Part shown: positions 28,501 through 37,900 of the stretch, piece by piece
Numbering within the stretch: the first letter of the stretch is position 1
Layout: every line of letters starts with the position of its first letter
Assembly (NCBI GenBank): GCA_045633925.1
Contig: JAZQZG010000022.1
Location: 12,171-76,170, forward strand
DNA length: 64,000 nucleotides
DNA from: Eubacteriales bacterium
GTDB lineage: Bacteria > Bacillota > Clostridia > Oscillospirales > CAG-272
Reading direction: 5' to 3'
Notes under the pieces: model-generated
What the model was told of the DNA's origin: nothing
Databases searched by the model: none
What the model saw: the letters and a program-made list of their open reading frames with translations, nothing else
Program-made: the position numbers and the translations under genes

Positions 28501-30179
28501 ACCACAAGGTAATTGCTAATACAACCTTCACTGCAGGTTGGAAGGCTGAATGGAAGCCCGGTGATGCGTTTGAGCAGTCTTTGAAGGCAGCAAACTTGCA
28601 CGGTGATTCTTCCTACGTATTGCGTCTTGGTAGAAATAACGGAGAAGGTACCAACAGAGCGGTTAACGGAATTAAGGTTGGGGATGATGCTAACCTTGTT
28701 CACCAGTCTCGTCCTACTCTCATAGGAGATAAGAAGTATGGTCACGTATTTGGATTCAGCTTCCGCGAGGCTCCTACGTTCGACTCTGTTGCAGTTTATC
28801 TTCCTACCGATAGCGTTATTGCTTCCATAGATGTATACGGCGCAAATCTCGCAGTAGATGCTGAAGGAAATGCTATTTACGGTAAGGCTGATTCGGATAA
28901 GATAATTAATCTTGACGCTAACGGCAAGGAACTTAGAGATGAGACTCCTTTAACCGCTGAGAAGGTTTACCTCGGAACCATTGAAGTTCCTGCAGCTGAG
29001 GAAGGTGCAAAGAACATTCTTGCAGAGGGCAAGCTTATGGCGTTCGAGGCAGAGTACGTATACTTTGCTCTTACCTTTAAGGATGGAACTGCCGATAACG
29101 CTTGGTATTCAATTTATGAGATTGAACTCTACGGATTCAACGCGGGTGATGAGAACTTGAAGGCTGACTTCTCCGCTCTCAACGCACTCTTTGCAGATAT
29201 CGATGATCTTAACCAGGTAGACTACACTCCCTTGTCTTGGAAGACTCTTACTGATGCAATTGCTGAACATGAAGCAACTATAATGTCTGCACTTTCCACT
29301 AAGGAAGCTGTAGATGCAGCAGTAGCTGCTATCGATGCAGCTTACAAGGCTTTGGAATATAATAAGGCTGACTTTACCGCGCTTGACGAGATGCTCGCTG
29401 TTGCTGAGCTCTTCGAGGGCAGCGATGACAGCTTCACTCCCGGATCTTTCAAGGCTCTTACTGATGCTATAGCACTTGCAAAAGAGCTTAAGGAACTCGG
29501 TAAGGTTCCCCAGTCTTTGGTAGATGCAGCAACTGAGGCACTCTTCGTAGCTATTTCTGCTCTTGATGAAGTAGCTGATAAGTCCGCTCTCGCGGAAATT
29601 GTTGCTAAGGCTGACACCTACAAAGAGGCAGAGTGGCAGGGTAACGGAATTGCTTGGAGCATGTTTGCGGATGCTCTCAACGAGGCAAAGGCAATTCTCG
29701 CTAACGTAGACGCAGTTCAGGACGAGATCGATGCAGCTGTTAAGTCTCTCGAGTCTAAGATCGCTGAGCTTAAGCCTACTCCCGGCGTAACTCCCGGCCA
29801 GCCCGGCGACAATGATCAGCCCGGCGACAACGATCAGCCCGGCGACACTGATAAGCCCGACGATACTGATAAGCCCGGCGACACTGATAAGCCCGAAGAC
29901 ACCGACAAGCCCGAAGACACCGACAAGCCCGGTGAGTCCGAGACTGATCCTGTTGAGCCCGAGGATACCGATCCTGTTGAGCCCGGCGAGTCTGATACCG
30001 ATCCTGTTGAGTCTGAGACCGAGCCTGTTGAGTCTGATACCGAGACTGCTACTTCTACCACCGCTGCTGCTACCGATGCAGCAGATGAAGGCGGATGCGG
30101 ATCTAGCATCGCTCTCTCCGCTCTCGCAGTAGTTGGCGTAATCGGAACCGCAGTTATTCTCAAGAAGAAAGAGGACTAA
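25557..30179 (+). CDS. large secreted cell-surface protein: 2x unassigned beta-sandwich-like domain, many FIVAR-like helical repeats, discoidin/CBM-like domain, Pro/Asp-rich stalk, C-terminal hydrophobic anchor
   Basis: 1540 aa. Signal peptide with AFA-TE cleavage context. Repeated D/YTPxSW...A helical modules. C-terminus PGDNDQ/PGDTDK repeats then GGCGSSIALSALAVVGVIGTAVILKKKED. RBS AAAGGAG. Confidence 0.8.
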   Translation: MKRLISILVVFAMMLALVATSIPAFATEGEGGGEAAATPLATYKVNWKELVDGGTMKSQWVYDRSASQNNFASKYNIFATETDLTLTENGGENRSYYSQVMFAITNETNYVYELEVNTAGYYDGGVVFAWAEDANAYTQPNGSRGPVMGEGDTNNNPKAPYFIQGGISKGEAVKVHFGGPYQANGEDYTVFGTGSKTNMDGIKVSEDGYVKLKIVYTGLTVEMFYLNENDEYVEFFADKTMTLAEGSKVAFGITTWNPDWANIRNCTLYAMNDAAKDYMTLDKAPLASVIDAAKKLAEVDYTPDSWAVFYPAAINAAEEAYKTVANQAEVNAAIAALQTAIDALVDSPDSDKTALNAAITAAKALNPADYKAYFQTKLVAAIAAAEAIYAGEAINENEENNAIAALTAAVDSLVAADVEDVYYNVNWKKLYDDKTMRAQWLYERQPGQNNFENFYKVKADETSISFDRINGDTRLYYSEIMPDLSADTYYEYVFEVNMTNVQNLGGVMFAFAENPDGTVDGDTIKDTEGVVGRIPVSGYYLKGGLSSGSAVSVHFGGHYDGYDVGDAVNASLADIKRSEDGYATYKVIFDGLLAKFYYLKDNGDDTAEFVEFFADKTVALAEASRIAFGVYNKDTDYPALRNCVLTAGNEAAQVALERVYLDYHIMLAGRFENKTGYTTDTFAALTAALADARAATDPATYDALIETLDAARLGLKKAANKTALKAAIDAAKAKVGENTEDAFTAATWAKLDEALTAAEAVYANGNLDNSAEDQKIVDDATAALKAATERLTEAGKANLVDFNAAIKAYEALVETDYTPASWAAAMANKVAYYEAKILETKELTEADQADIDAATEALNAILNALVKRADFTKLQSLVNRVDALDKSFYTPETLIAEELITTAKEVLANLDATQTAVDEALAALQAAYDALKPIRTNVLLITVPDDYVINDQVSYPPEKATEYNKITDMSYHGLGNVFYYDYHKVIANTTFTAGWKAEWKPGDAFEQSLKAANLHGDSSYVLRLGRNNGEGTNRAVNGIKVGDDANLVHQSRPTLIGDKKYGHVFGFSFREAPTFDSVAVYLPTDSVIASIDVYGANLAVDAEGNAIYGKADSDKIINLDANGKELRDETPLTAEKVYLGTIEVPAAEEGAKNILAEGKLMAFEAEYVYFALTFKDGTADNAWYSIYEIELYGFNAGDENLKADFSALNALFADIDDLNQVDYTPLSWKTLTDAIAEHEATIMSALSTKEAVDAAVAAIDAAYKALEYNKADFTALDEMLAVAELFEGSDDSFTPGSFKALTDAIALAKELKELGKVPQSLVDAATEALFVAISALDEVADKSALAEIVAKADTYKEAEWQGNGIAWSMFADALNEAKAILANVDAVQDEIDAAVKSLESKIAELKPTPGVTPGQPGDNDQPGDNDQPGDTDKPDDTDKPGDTDKPEDTDKPEDTDKPGESETDPVEPEDTDPVEPGESDTDPVESETEPVESDTETATSTTAAATDAADEGGCGSSIALSALAVVGVIGTAVILKKKED
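29802..29927 (+). repeat. 7 x 18-nt in-frame tandem repeat (PGDNDQ / PGDTDK / PEDTDK)
   Basis: Units of the form CCCGGCGACAATGATCAG are directly visible. A looser DPVEP/ESxTxPVES periodicity follows, to about 30050. Confidence 0.85.
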
Positions 30180-30194
30180 TTAAATAAACCTTTT

Positions 30195-30224
30195 AGGTCG
30201 GCTCGAAAGAGCCGACCTTTTTTT
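30195..30224 (+). terminator. rho-independent terminator
   Basis: AGGTCGGCTC-GAAA-GAGCCGACCT plus T7. Confidence 0.8.
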
Positions 30225-30335
30225 GCGTTTTTTATAAAATTTTATTTGTTGAGGATGATGAAACAAAAAGTCCGCCTCTTCTTGCCTTTTTTGGCTTTAT
30301 GGTGTATAATATTTTTAAGAAAGGCGGTGTTGTTT

Positions 30336-31463
30336 ATGTCATATCTTCACGGTGTTGAGCGCAGAGGCGAGCTCGACCGCATTTTTTCGGGCAAAAAAAC
30401 TGCTCTTATAACAAATCCAACCGGAACGGATCGCAATTTTAATCATACTGCGGATCTTTTTGCTCAAAGCTTTCGTCTGTGTGCGCTTTTTGCGCCTGAG
30501 CACGGAATTCGCGGTGAGATTCAAGCAGGCGGCAGAGTAGATAGTTTTATTGACGAGAAAACCGGAATACCTGTGTATTCGGCTTATTCGGATGCAATCA
30601 CCGATAATATGCTTGAGGACGTTGATATTATTGCCTATGATATTCAGGACGTCGGCTCGCGTTTTTATACTTATATTTATACGCTTTCCTCTCTTATGGA
30701 AAAGGCGGCGGCGCTTGGAAAAAAGGTTGTGGTTCTTGATAGATATAATCCTATTGGACTTAGTAAAATCGAGGGAACTTTGCTTGACGAGCGCTTTTCC
30801 TCGGGCGTAGGTGTCTATGAGCTCCCAACGAGATACGCTATGACCGTTGGCGAGTTTGCTCGCTACGTTAATTCTGAGAAGGGCATTTGCTGTGACCTTG
30901 AAATTTTGCCCTGCGAGGGGCTTTCACGCGCAGATGATTACCGCACGCTCGATATTCCTTGGATTCCTCCCTCGCCAAATTTGCCTACCTACGAGTCATC
31001 CCTGGCATACGTTGGAACTGTTCTGCTTGAGGGCACGAATATGTCCGAGGGCAGGGGAACGACGAAGCCTTTTGAATACATAGGCGCACCGTGGCTTCGC
31101 GCAGGCGAGGTGATAAAATATCTTGAGTCGCTCGGACTTTCCGGCTGTTCGTTCAGAGAGTGCTATTTTACCCCCACTTTTTCAAAATATTCGGGCGAGC
31201 TTTGCCACGGAATTCAGATTCATATAAGCGACCCCGATACCTTTGAGCCGTTTGCGCTTGGACTTTTTGCCCTTGATTACATAAGAAGAACGCACTCGGA
31301 GCTTAAGATCCGTGATCCTGAGAGTGAGAAGGCGTTTATAAATCTTTTGCTCGGTAGTGATGCTTTTTTAAAGGACGGATTCGATGCGGAAAGCTTCATT
31401 TTGGAGCATAAAGCGAAGATAAATGAGTTCGCGCAGAGGACGAGCAAGTATTTGATATATTAA
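30336..31463 (+). CDS. namZ: DUF1343-family exo-beta-N-acetylmuramidase (NamZ/YbbC-like)
   Basis: 375 aa from the ATG at 30336. GVERRGELDRIFSGKKTALITNPTG...FAPEHGIRG...YDIQDVGSRFYTY are hallmark DUF1343 motifs. The ORF-track start at 30246 lies upstream of a TGGTGTATAAT -10 element (30300-30310). Confidence 0.75.
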   Translation: MSYLHGVERRGELDRIFSGKKTALITNPTGTDRNFNHTADLFAQSFRLCALFAPEHGIRGEIQAGGRVDSFIDEKTGIPVYSAYSDAITDNMLEDVDIIAYDIQDVGSRFYTYIYTLSSLMEKAAALGKKVVVLDRYNPIGLSKIEGTLLDERFSSGVGVYELPTRYAMTVGEFARYVNSEKGICCDLEILPCEGLSRADDYRTLDIPWIPPSPNLPTYESSLAYVGTVLLEGTNMSEGRGTTKPFEYIGAPWLRAGEVIKYLESLGLSGCSFRECYFTPTFSKYSGELCHGIQIHISDPDTFEPFALGLFALDYIRRTHSELKIRDPESEKAFINLLLGSDAFLKDGFDAESFILEHKAKINEFAQRTSKYLIY

Positions 31464-31467
31464 AATG

Positions 31468-31505
31468 AAAAACACACCTACTAATTGCGGCAGGTGTGTT
31501 TTTTG
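31468..31505. terminator. bidirectional terminator
   Basis: AACACACCT...AGGTGTGTT stem flanked by A- and T-runs, between convergent namZ and tepA. Confidence 0.6.
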
Positions 31506-31513
31506 ACTTAATT

Positions 31514-32158
31514 TTAAATATCAAACGCTCTCATCGCATCTGCAAGACCGCCTACCGAGTCGATAATTCCGTAGCTTACCGCCTCCTCGCCGTCTATTAT
31601 GCTTCCGATGTCGGTTGCAAGCTCGTCGGGGCGCATCATAAGGTCGATTATCTCGTCCTCGGAGGCTCTTGAGTGTGAGCAGATGAATTTTACTATACGC
31701 TTTTGCATCTCCTCAAAATATTTGAAGGTTTGCGGCGCACCGAGCACGAGCCCGTTTATTCTCACGGGGTGGAGAGTCATCGTTGCCGAGGGCACGATGA
31801 AGGATTTTTTTGCTGCCGTGGCAAGCGGAACGCCTATCGAATGTCCGCCGCCGAGAACGAGCGAGACCGTGGGCTTTTTCATCGATGCGATAAGCTCTGC
31901 GATAGCAAGTCCCGCCTCAACGTCGCCACCCATAGTGTTCAAAATTATCAGAAGACCGCGTATTTTTTCGTCCTCCTCGACAGAGATAAGCTCGGGGATG
32001 ATGTGCTCGTATTTTGTGGCTTTTTGCCCCTCCTGCAAAAGGTAGTGGCCCTCGATCTGCCCGATTATCGACATACAGTGTATCTTGCCTGCGCGAGTTT
32101 GCGCAGTGGTTGCTCCGTCTTTTGCATCGACGTGAGCTTTTTTCTTTGCTTGCTTCAT
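31514..32158 (-). CDS. tepA: ClpP-family serine protease, TepA (translocation-enhancing protein)-like
   Basis: 214 aa. SIIGQIEGH...KYEHIIP.L...EED..I.GLLIILNTMGGDVEAGLAIAELI...HSIGVPLA matches the TepA/YmfB-type ClpP homologs. Confidence 0.7.
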   Translation of the reverse strand: MKQAKKKAHVDAKDGATTAQTRAGKIHCMSIIGQIEGHYLLQEGQKATKYEHIIPELISVEEDEKIRGLLIILNTMGGDVEAGLAIAELIASMKKPTVSLVLGGGHSIGVPLATAAKKSFIVPSATMTLHPVRINGLVLGAPQTFKYFEEMQKRIVKFICSHSRASEDEIIDLMMRPDELATDIGSIIDGEEAVSYGIIDSVGGLADAMRAFDI

Positions 32159-32233
32159 TTTTTCATCCTCACAAAATTTAGTTGAATAAGGTAATATATT
32201 AGATATTATTTGCTAAAAATTTAACTTTCAATC

Positions 32234-32262
32234 TTTACAATTGCAAAAAAGTGTGCTATAAT
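32234..32262 (+). promoter_or_regulatory. sigmaA-like promoter of the pduL operon
   Basis: TTTACA (32234-32239), 17-nt spacer, TATAAT (32257-32262). Confidence 0.5.
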
Positions 32263-32297
32263 AAACTGAATGACTTTTAAATGAAAGGATGCTTATT

Positions 32298-32867
32298 ATG
32301 GCAAAAAAAATTTTAGTTGAAACCTCCGCAAGACACGTTCACGTAACTGCTGAGGCTGTTGAGATCCTTTTTGGAAAAGGATACAAATTGACAAACAAGA
32401 AGGACTTGAGCCAGCCCGGTCAGTTCGCTTGTGAGGAGAAGGTTACCGTTATCGGCCCTAAGGGTTCTTTGAAGGCAAGCATTCTCGGCCCCGAGAGACC
32501 TGCAAATCAGGTTGAGCTTTCCTTGACCGATGCTCGTGCGATAGGCGTTGTTGCTCCTATCCGTGAGTCCGGCGACGTTGCTGCAAGCGGAGCTTGCACC
32601 ATTCAGGGTCCCTGCGGATCTGTTGAGGTTGAGTGCGGTGTTATCGCAGCTAAGCGTCATATACATATGACTCCTGAGGATGCTGCGGAGCTTGGCGTTT
32701 CCGATAAGGAAATCGTATCCGTTAAGGTTGACACCCCCCGTTCTCTTGTTTTCGGTGACGTAGTAGTTAGAGTTAGCGACAAGTTCGCGCTTGCTATGCA
32801 CATCGATACCGATGAATCTAACGCCGCTTGTGCCTTTGGTGAGGTATACGGCGAGATAGTAAAATGA
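32298..32867 (+). CDS. pduL: phosphate propanoyltransferase / phosphotransacylase PduL
   Basis: 189 aa. Duplicated PduL signature: VETSARHVHV near the N-terminus and KRHIHMTPEDA in the second half. I chose the ATG at 32298 (MAKKILVE). Confidence 0.85.
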   Translation: MAKKILVETSARHVHVTAEAVEILFGKGYKLTNKKDLSQPGQFACEEKVTVIGPKGSLKASILGPERPANQVELSLTDARAIGVVAPIRESGDVAASGACTIQGPCGSVEVECGVIAAKRHIHMTPEDAAELGVSDKEIVSVKVDTPRSLVFGDVVVRVSDKFALAMHIDTDESNAACAFGEVYGEIVK

Positions 32868-32892
32868 AAATAAATTAAAAGGAGATAAAAAA

Positions 32893-33609
32893 ATGGGCAT
32901 TGAAAACACTTGCGAGTACGCAATGAGCCGTGAGGTTCAGGAAATGTGTACCGTTGCAAAGGGACCCAAGCATGGTCCTGCTCCCATTCCCGAAGAGGGC
33001 AAATGGGTAGAAGCTAAACAGATAAGCGATATTTCCGCTTACACTCACGGTGTGGGTTGGTGTGCACCCCAGCAGGGCGCGTGCAAGCTTTCCCTCAACG
33101 TAAAGAACGGTATTATTGAGGAAGCTTTGGTTGAGACCATCGGTTGCTCGGGTATGACTCACTCTGCTGCTATGGCTGCAGAAATTCTTCCCGGTAAGAC
33201 TCTTCTTGAGGCTCTTAACACCGACCTCGTATGCGATGCTATTAACACCGCTATGAGAGAGCTCTTCCTTCAGATCGTTTACGGTCGTAGCCAGTCTGCA
33301 TTCTCTGAGAACGGACTTGTTATCGGCGCAGGTATGGAGGACCTCGGTAAGGGTGAGCGTTCCATGGTTGGTACTATGTACGGTACTAAGGCAAAGGGCG
33401 TAAGATACCTTGAGATGACTGAGGGCTACTGCACAAGAATGGCTCTTGACGCAGACAATCAGGTTATAGGTTACGAATTCGTATCTCTCGGCAAGATGAC
33501 AGACTTCATCAAGAAGGGCATGGAGCCTAACGAAGCATACGAGAAGTCCAAAGGCACCTACGGAAGATTCAATGATGCTGTAAAGTACATTGACCCCCGT
33601 AAAGAATAA
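32893..33609 (+). CDS. NifU/IscU-N-terminal-like Fe-S scaffold-type protein with C-terminal extension of about 110 aa
   Basis: 238 aa. GVGWCAPQQGACKLSL...ETIGCSGMTHSAAMAAEILPGKTLLEA mirrors the IscU Cys/GC..A.S...E...GK layout. RBS AAAGGAG. Confidence 0.6.
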   Translation: MGIENTCEYAMSREVQEMCTVAKGPKHGPAPIPEEGKWVEAKQISDISAYTHGVGWCAPQQGACKLSLNVKNGIIEEALVETIGCSGMTHSAAMAAEILPGKTLLEALNTDLVCDAINTAMRELFLQIVYGRSQSAFSENGLVIGAGMEDLGKGERSMVGTMYGTKAKGVRYLEMTEGYCTRMALDADNQVIGYEFVSLGKMTDFIKKGMEPNEAYEKSKGTYGRFNDAVKYIDPRKE

Positions 33610-33627
33610 TAAGGAGGTATATGTATA

Positions 33628-34626
33628 ATGGCTAAATTTGAAGGTTACGAGAGAAGAGAAGCGAAGATTCTCGCTGCTCTTAATGAATATGGAATCAACT
33701 CTATCGACGAGTGCAAGGATATTTGTGATGCTTACGGCATCGATCCTTACAAGATCGTTGAGGAGACTCAGCCTATCTGCTTTGAGAATGCAAAGTGGGC
33801 TTATACCGTTGGCGCGGCAATCGCTATAAAGAAGGGTTGCAAGAAGGCTTCCGAGGCAGCAGCTGCTATCGGTATCGGACTTCAGTCCTTCTGTATCCCC
33901 GGCTCAGTTGCTGAAAACCGTAAGGTTGGTCTTGGCCACGGTAATCTTGGCGCAATGCTTCTCTCTGAGGAGACCGAGTGCTTCTGCTTCTTGGCAGGTC
34001 ACGAGTCCTTCGCAGCAGCAGAGGGCGCTATTAAGATCGCTCTTAACGCAAACAAGGTTAGAACAAAGCCTCTCCGCGTTATCTTGAACGGTCTCGGAAA
34101 GGATGCAGCGTTCATCATTTCCAGAATCAACGGCTTTACATACGTTGAGACTAAGTTTGATCCTTACACCGAGCAGGTTGCAGTTCTCTCCGAGAAGGCA
34201 TTCTCCAACGGTCCCAGAGCAGACGTTAAGTGCTACGGCTCTGACAGCGTTCCCGAGGGTGTTGCAATCATGCGCCTTGAGAACGTAGGTGTATCTATCA
34301 CCGGTAACTCCACTAACCCCACAAGATTCCAGCACCCCGTTGCAGGAACCTACAAGAAGTGGTGTAACGAGAACGGTGTTAAGTACTTCTCCGTTGCATC
34401 GGGCGGTGGTACAGGTCGTACTCTCCATCCCGATAACATGGCTGCAGGTCCCGCTTCCTACGGTATGACCGATACGATGGGTAGAATGCACGGCGACGCT
34501 CAGTTCGCAGGTTCTTCCTCCGTTCCCGCTCACGTAGAGATGATGGGTCTCATCGGAGCAGGTAACAACCCCATGGTTGGTATGACTGTTGCTGTTGCTG
34601 TTGCTATAGAGGAAGCTGCTAAGTAA
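33628..34626 (+). CDS. GGGtGRT family protein (function unknown)
   Basis: 332 aa. The eponymous motif SGGGTGRTLHPDN is encoded at 34399-34437 (GGGTGRT at 34402-34422). RBS AAGGAGG. 18 nt after the preceding gene. Confidence 0.75.
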   Translation: MAKFEGYERREAKILAALNEYGINSIDECKDICDAYGIDPYKIVEETQPICFENAKWAYTVGAAIAIKKGCKKASEAAAAIGIGLQSFCIPGSVAENRKVGLGHGNLGAMLLSEETECFCFLAGHESFAAAEGAIKIALNANKVRTKPLRVILNGLGKDAAFIISRINGFTYVETKFDPYTEQVAVLSEKAFSNGPRADVKCYGSDSVPEGVAIMRLENVGVSITGNSTNPTRFQHPVAGTYKKWCNENGVKYFSVASGGGTGRTLHPDNMAAGPASYGMTDTMGRMHGDAQFAGSSSVPAHVEMMGLIGAGNNPMVGMTVAVAVAIEEAAK

Positions 34627-34669
34627 TTGACTTTTTTCAGCTTTAACTTGTAAATTCAACTAAATAAAA

Positions 34670-34720
34670 ATTGGACACATCACAAACGTATTTTCGTTCG
34701 TGATGTGTCCAATATTTTTT
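34670..34720 (+). terminator. rho-independent terminator of the pduL operon
   Basis: 19-bp stem ATTGGACACATCACAAACG / CGTTCGTGATGTGTCCAAT followed by a T-run. Confidence 0.8.
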
Positions 34721-34907
34721 GATTTTAAGGAACAAAAAAACGAAACGGTGAGGCGTATAAAAACGTTATGCAAAAGGAACAGAAACTACAAGGGCTTTCT
34801 GTAAAGAATGCCGTTTTTCATGGGAAGCTATTTACAAATTGGTGAAAAAATGGTAAAATTATATTATAATGAATAGTCTGGCGAAATTTTGAAAAAGAGA
34901 GGTATTT

Positions 34908-37900
34908 ATGAAAAAAATAATTTCTATTCTTATCGTAGCTGTGTTATTGCTTTCGAGCATAGTCACTATTATTCCCGCAAGCGCAGCCAAGGCATCCTAT
35001 ACACCGGATTGGCTGGATCTTAAGAACAGAACCAAGTATATAGCTTACTATCCTAATGGAAGCGCATATACACTTACTGATTTTTGGACTAAGTATAGTG
35101 TTACAAGAGAGACTAATCTTTTGTCTCCTAAAACAAAAGCAGACGGCGCACCCGCATGCTCCTATATTTCCACTATTCAGTTTGCTATAAATTCAAATAC
35201 AAAATATGAGTATAAGGTTAAGGTAAAATCGAATTCCGTTAACAATTTTGGCGGAGTTGTTTTTGCTATAAGCCCTGATAACGTAACGTATCATGTATAC
35301 GGTGGATTTAACAACAGCAATCACATAAGCACACAATGGCCGAAGCAATCTCACGTTATTACGGTACATGGAGATTATAGTGCAAGAGATCCTTACGTAG
35401 GTGACGAATATATTAACGATGCAAAGTATTTTGAAGAGCTTAAGCTTGACGGTGAAGGCTTTGCCTCGCTCAAGATCGTTTATGAAGGATTGAAGGTTAC
35501 CGTTTATGCACAGAATTCAGCAGGTGAATTTGTTCAAATGGGTCAAACCGTAACGCTTGTGAGCGGTTCAAAGCTTGCTTTTGGTGTGTTTAACCGTAAC
35601 GGAAGCTCAAAGGTTGATCGTACTGTGTCACTTAAGGATGCTAAAATATACGCCTTGAATGACGCGGCAATAAAGGCTATGACGGCATCGGGTGAGGCTG
35701 TGGTTAATGAAACCGAGGCTGAAGTCGAAACAACAAAGCCTGAAACAAAGCCCGAAACCGAAACCGAAACAGAAACAGAAACAGAAACCGAAGCTACTCC
35801 GGATGAGCCGCTTTCGGTATTCGACCAGGAAATGGCGGCAAATAAAGCGCAAAACGATGAACTTTTGTCGGTGCTTCTTCCTAAATCCAATGCTCTTCGT
35901 CAAGAAATTAAATCAAACAAACCGGGATACAGCTTTGGTAAGGCAAGCAGCAGCATAGGTACCAAGAAATCATCGTGGACGGCTAAAACGCCGACTCCCA
36001 CAGGCGATCACCCCAGACTTTTGATTACAGAGGATACTATTCCGACCATTAAAAAAGCGTTGGAAAACAAAAATGATCCTACGGTTCAGCGCTTTTACGA
36101 GTTGCTCAACACTCAACACGCTAAAAATGGTCAGCTCAAGGCAGCGACCGAAAACTTCGGCGGAAGAAACGGTCTTCACAACTATGACAAGGAGCTTCTC
36201 GAGCTTATTCAGATCAAAGCGCTTGCATATGTAGTAGGAGGACACGAGCTTTACGGATATCAAGCTATTCACTATATGAAGCAATTTTTGAGAACTCTTG
36301 ATATTCAATACATTAATACCAATATGGAGCGTGAATATGGAAACACTATGTTCACAGCAGCTCTCGTATATGACTGGTGTTACGATCTTTTGACAGAAGA
36401 GGATAAGAAACAGTTTATCGCAGGTGTTGAAAACAAAACCGCAAAGGGTACCTGCGGAGATCCATCCTACACTTCAACCGAGCATTATAAGTGGAAAATG
36501 TCTGTAGGATTTCCTCCCACCAAGATCGGTGCAGTATCGGGACACGCATCTGAGCGTCAGATACTTCGTGATTATCTTTCGGTGGCGGTTGCGTTCTACG
36601 GAGACAATAATTCTTGGTGGAATTATATCGCCGCATGTGTTTATTCCGAATACGTACCCGTTAGAAATTATTATTTCAAATCGGGACTTTCACAGCAGGG
36701 TACGGGTGTTTACGTTTCGGGAAGACATATATCGGATATGTACTCCGCATGGATACTTATGACCGCGACAGGATCTCAGCCCTATACTGATATAAACAAA
36801 ACGGTCAGAAACTTCTTGGGATATGAGGTCGCTCCCGGAAAGATATTCTCCGATGGAGACGGAACGGGTTCAATCCAAAACAACTACGAATTCAGAGCGC
36901 TTTCTTATATGACAGCATATCTTTTTGCTGACGAGCCGATGCTCGCACAAGCAAAATCCATGCAACCTACAAAAGCATTTGGGGCTGATACGATCGAGCT
37001 TACCTCTGCTATGTATATAGCGCTTTGCGGTATGTCGGATATAGAGCCTGCTGAGGATAAATACGAGGGAATGCCTCTTATTCAATACAATGGTTCTCCC
37101 GTGGGTCAGTATGTAACACACGAGGCGTTTGGTGTGAAGGATTCTGCAACTGTCCTCATGAGAGTTAAGGAAAGAAGCACGGCAAATCACGAGCACGCAG
37201 ATGCAGGAACCTTTATGATATATTATAAGGGAATGCTTACGGCTGACGGCGGTGTTTATAAGGGATACGGATCTGATCACACAAGATACTATCACCAAGC
37301 AACGGTATCTCACAACGGATTGCTCATATACAATCCGAACGTACCGGAAGCAAATGATTCTTCTCTTAGCGCAACAACAAAATCCAAGATGAAAAAATGG
37401 TACTCCGGCGGTCAGATTTGGCCGAGCGAAGCATCGAATTTGACACAGCTGAAGTCGGATAAGTATTTAACGGGTAACGTAATAGGTAATAGACACGGAT
37501 ATCTTGATGCAGACAAGACGAAGCCGTTATACGCTTACATTAATGGAAATATAACGAATGCTTATCATCAGGATACCGTTGACCACGTTGGAAGAAGAAT
37601 GCTCACGGTCTATACTCAAAATGAAGACGTTCCAGTGGTATTCTTCGTTTATGACGCTATAACGTCAGACAGTGCAAATTATAAAAAGACGTTCTTGCTT
37701 CATATTCCTTCATCCTCGGCACCTACAATAAACAAAACGAACAAAACTGTAACAACCGAAAATGGTGATGGACGTCTTGTTCTCACCTGCCTCACAAACG
37801 CTGCAAAGATCACGGGAGTAGGCGGTAAAAATAACAATTACTCCACAAACGGAAAGCAGAATACAGTTGCTTATGAGACCGGAGCGTGGGGACGCGTTGA

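Noticed and set aside
26295-28745. 311-aa and 439-aa reverse-strand ORFs inside the giant surface-protein gene
   Set aside because: They are Cys/Ser/Ile-rich nonsense products lying opposite a gene with a signal peptide and repeated domain structure.
33904-34659. 251-aa reverse-strand ORF opposite the GGGtGRT gene, and the small 61-aa ORF at 34103 that reappears at 38324
   Set aside because: The recurrence of the small ORF's peptide (SSFPESTALHTLRLSLILTP) is a by-product of the duplicated 109-nt DNA segment read out of frame. It is not evidence for a conserved small gene.
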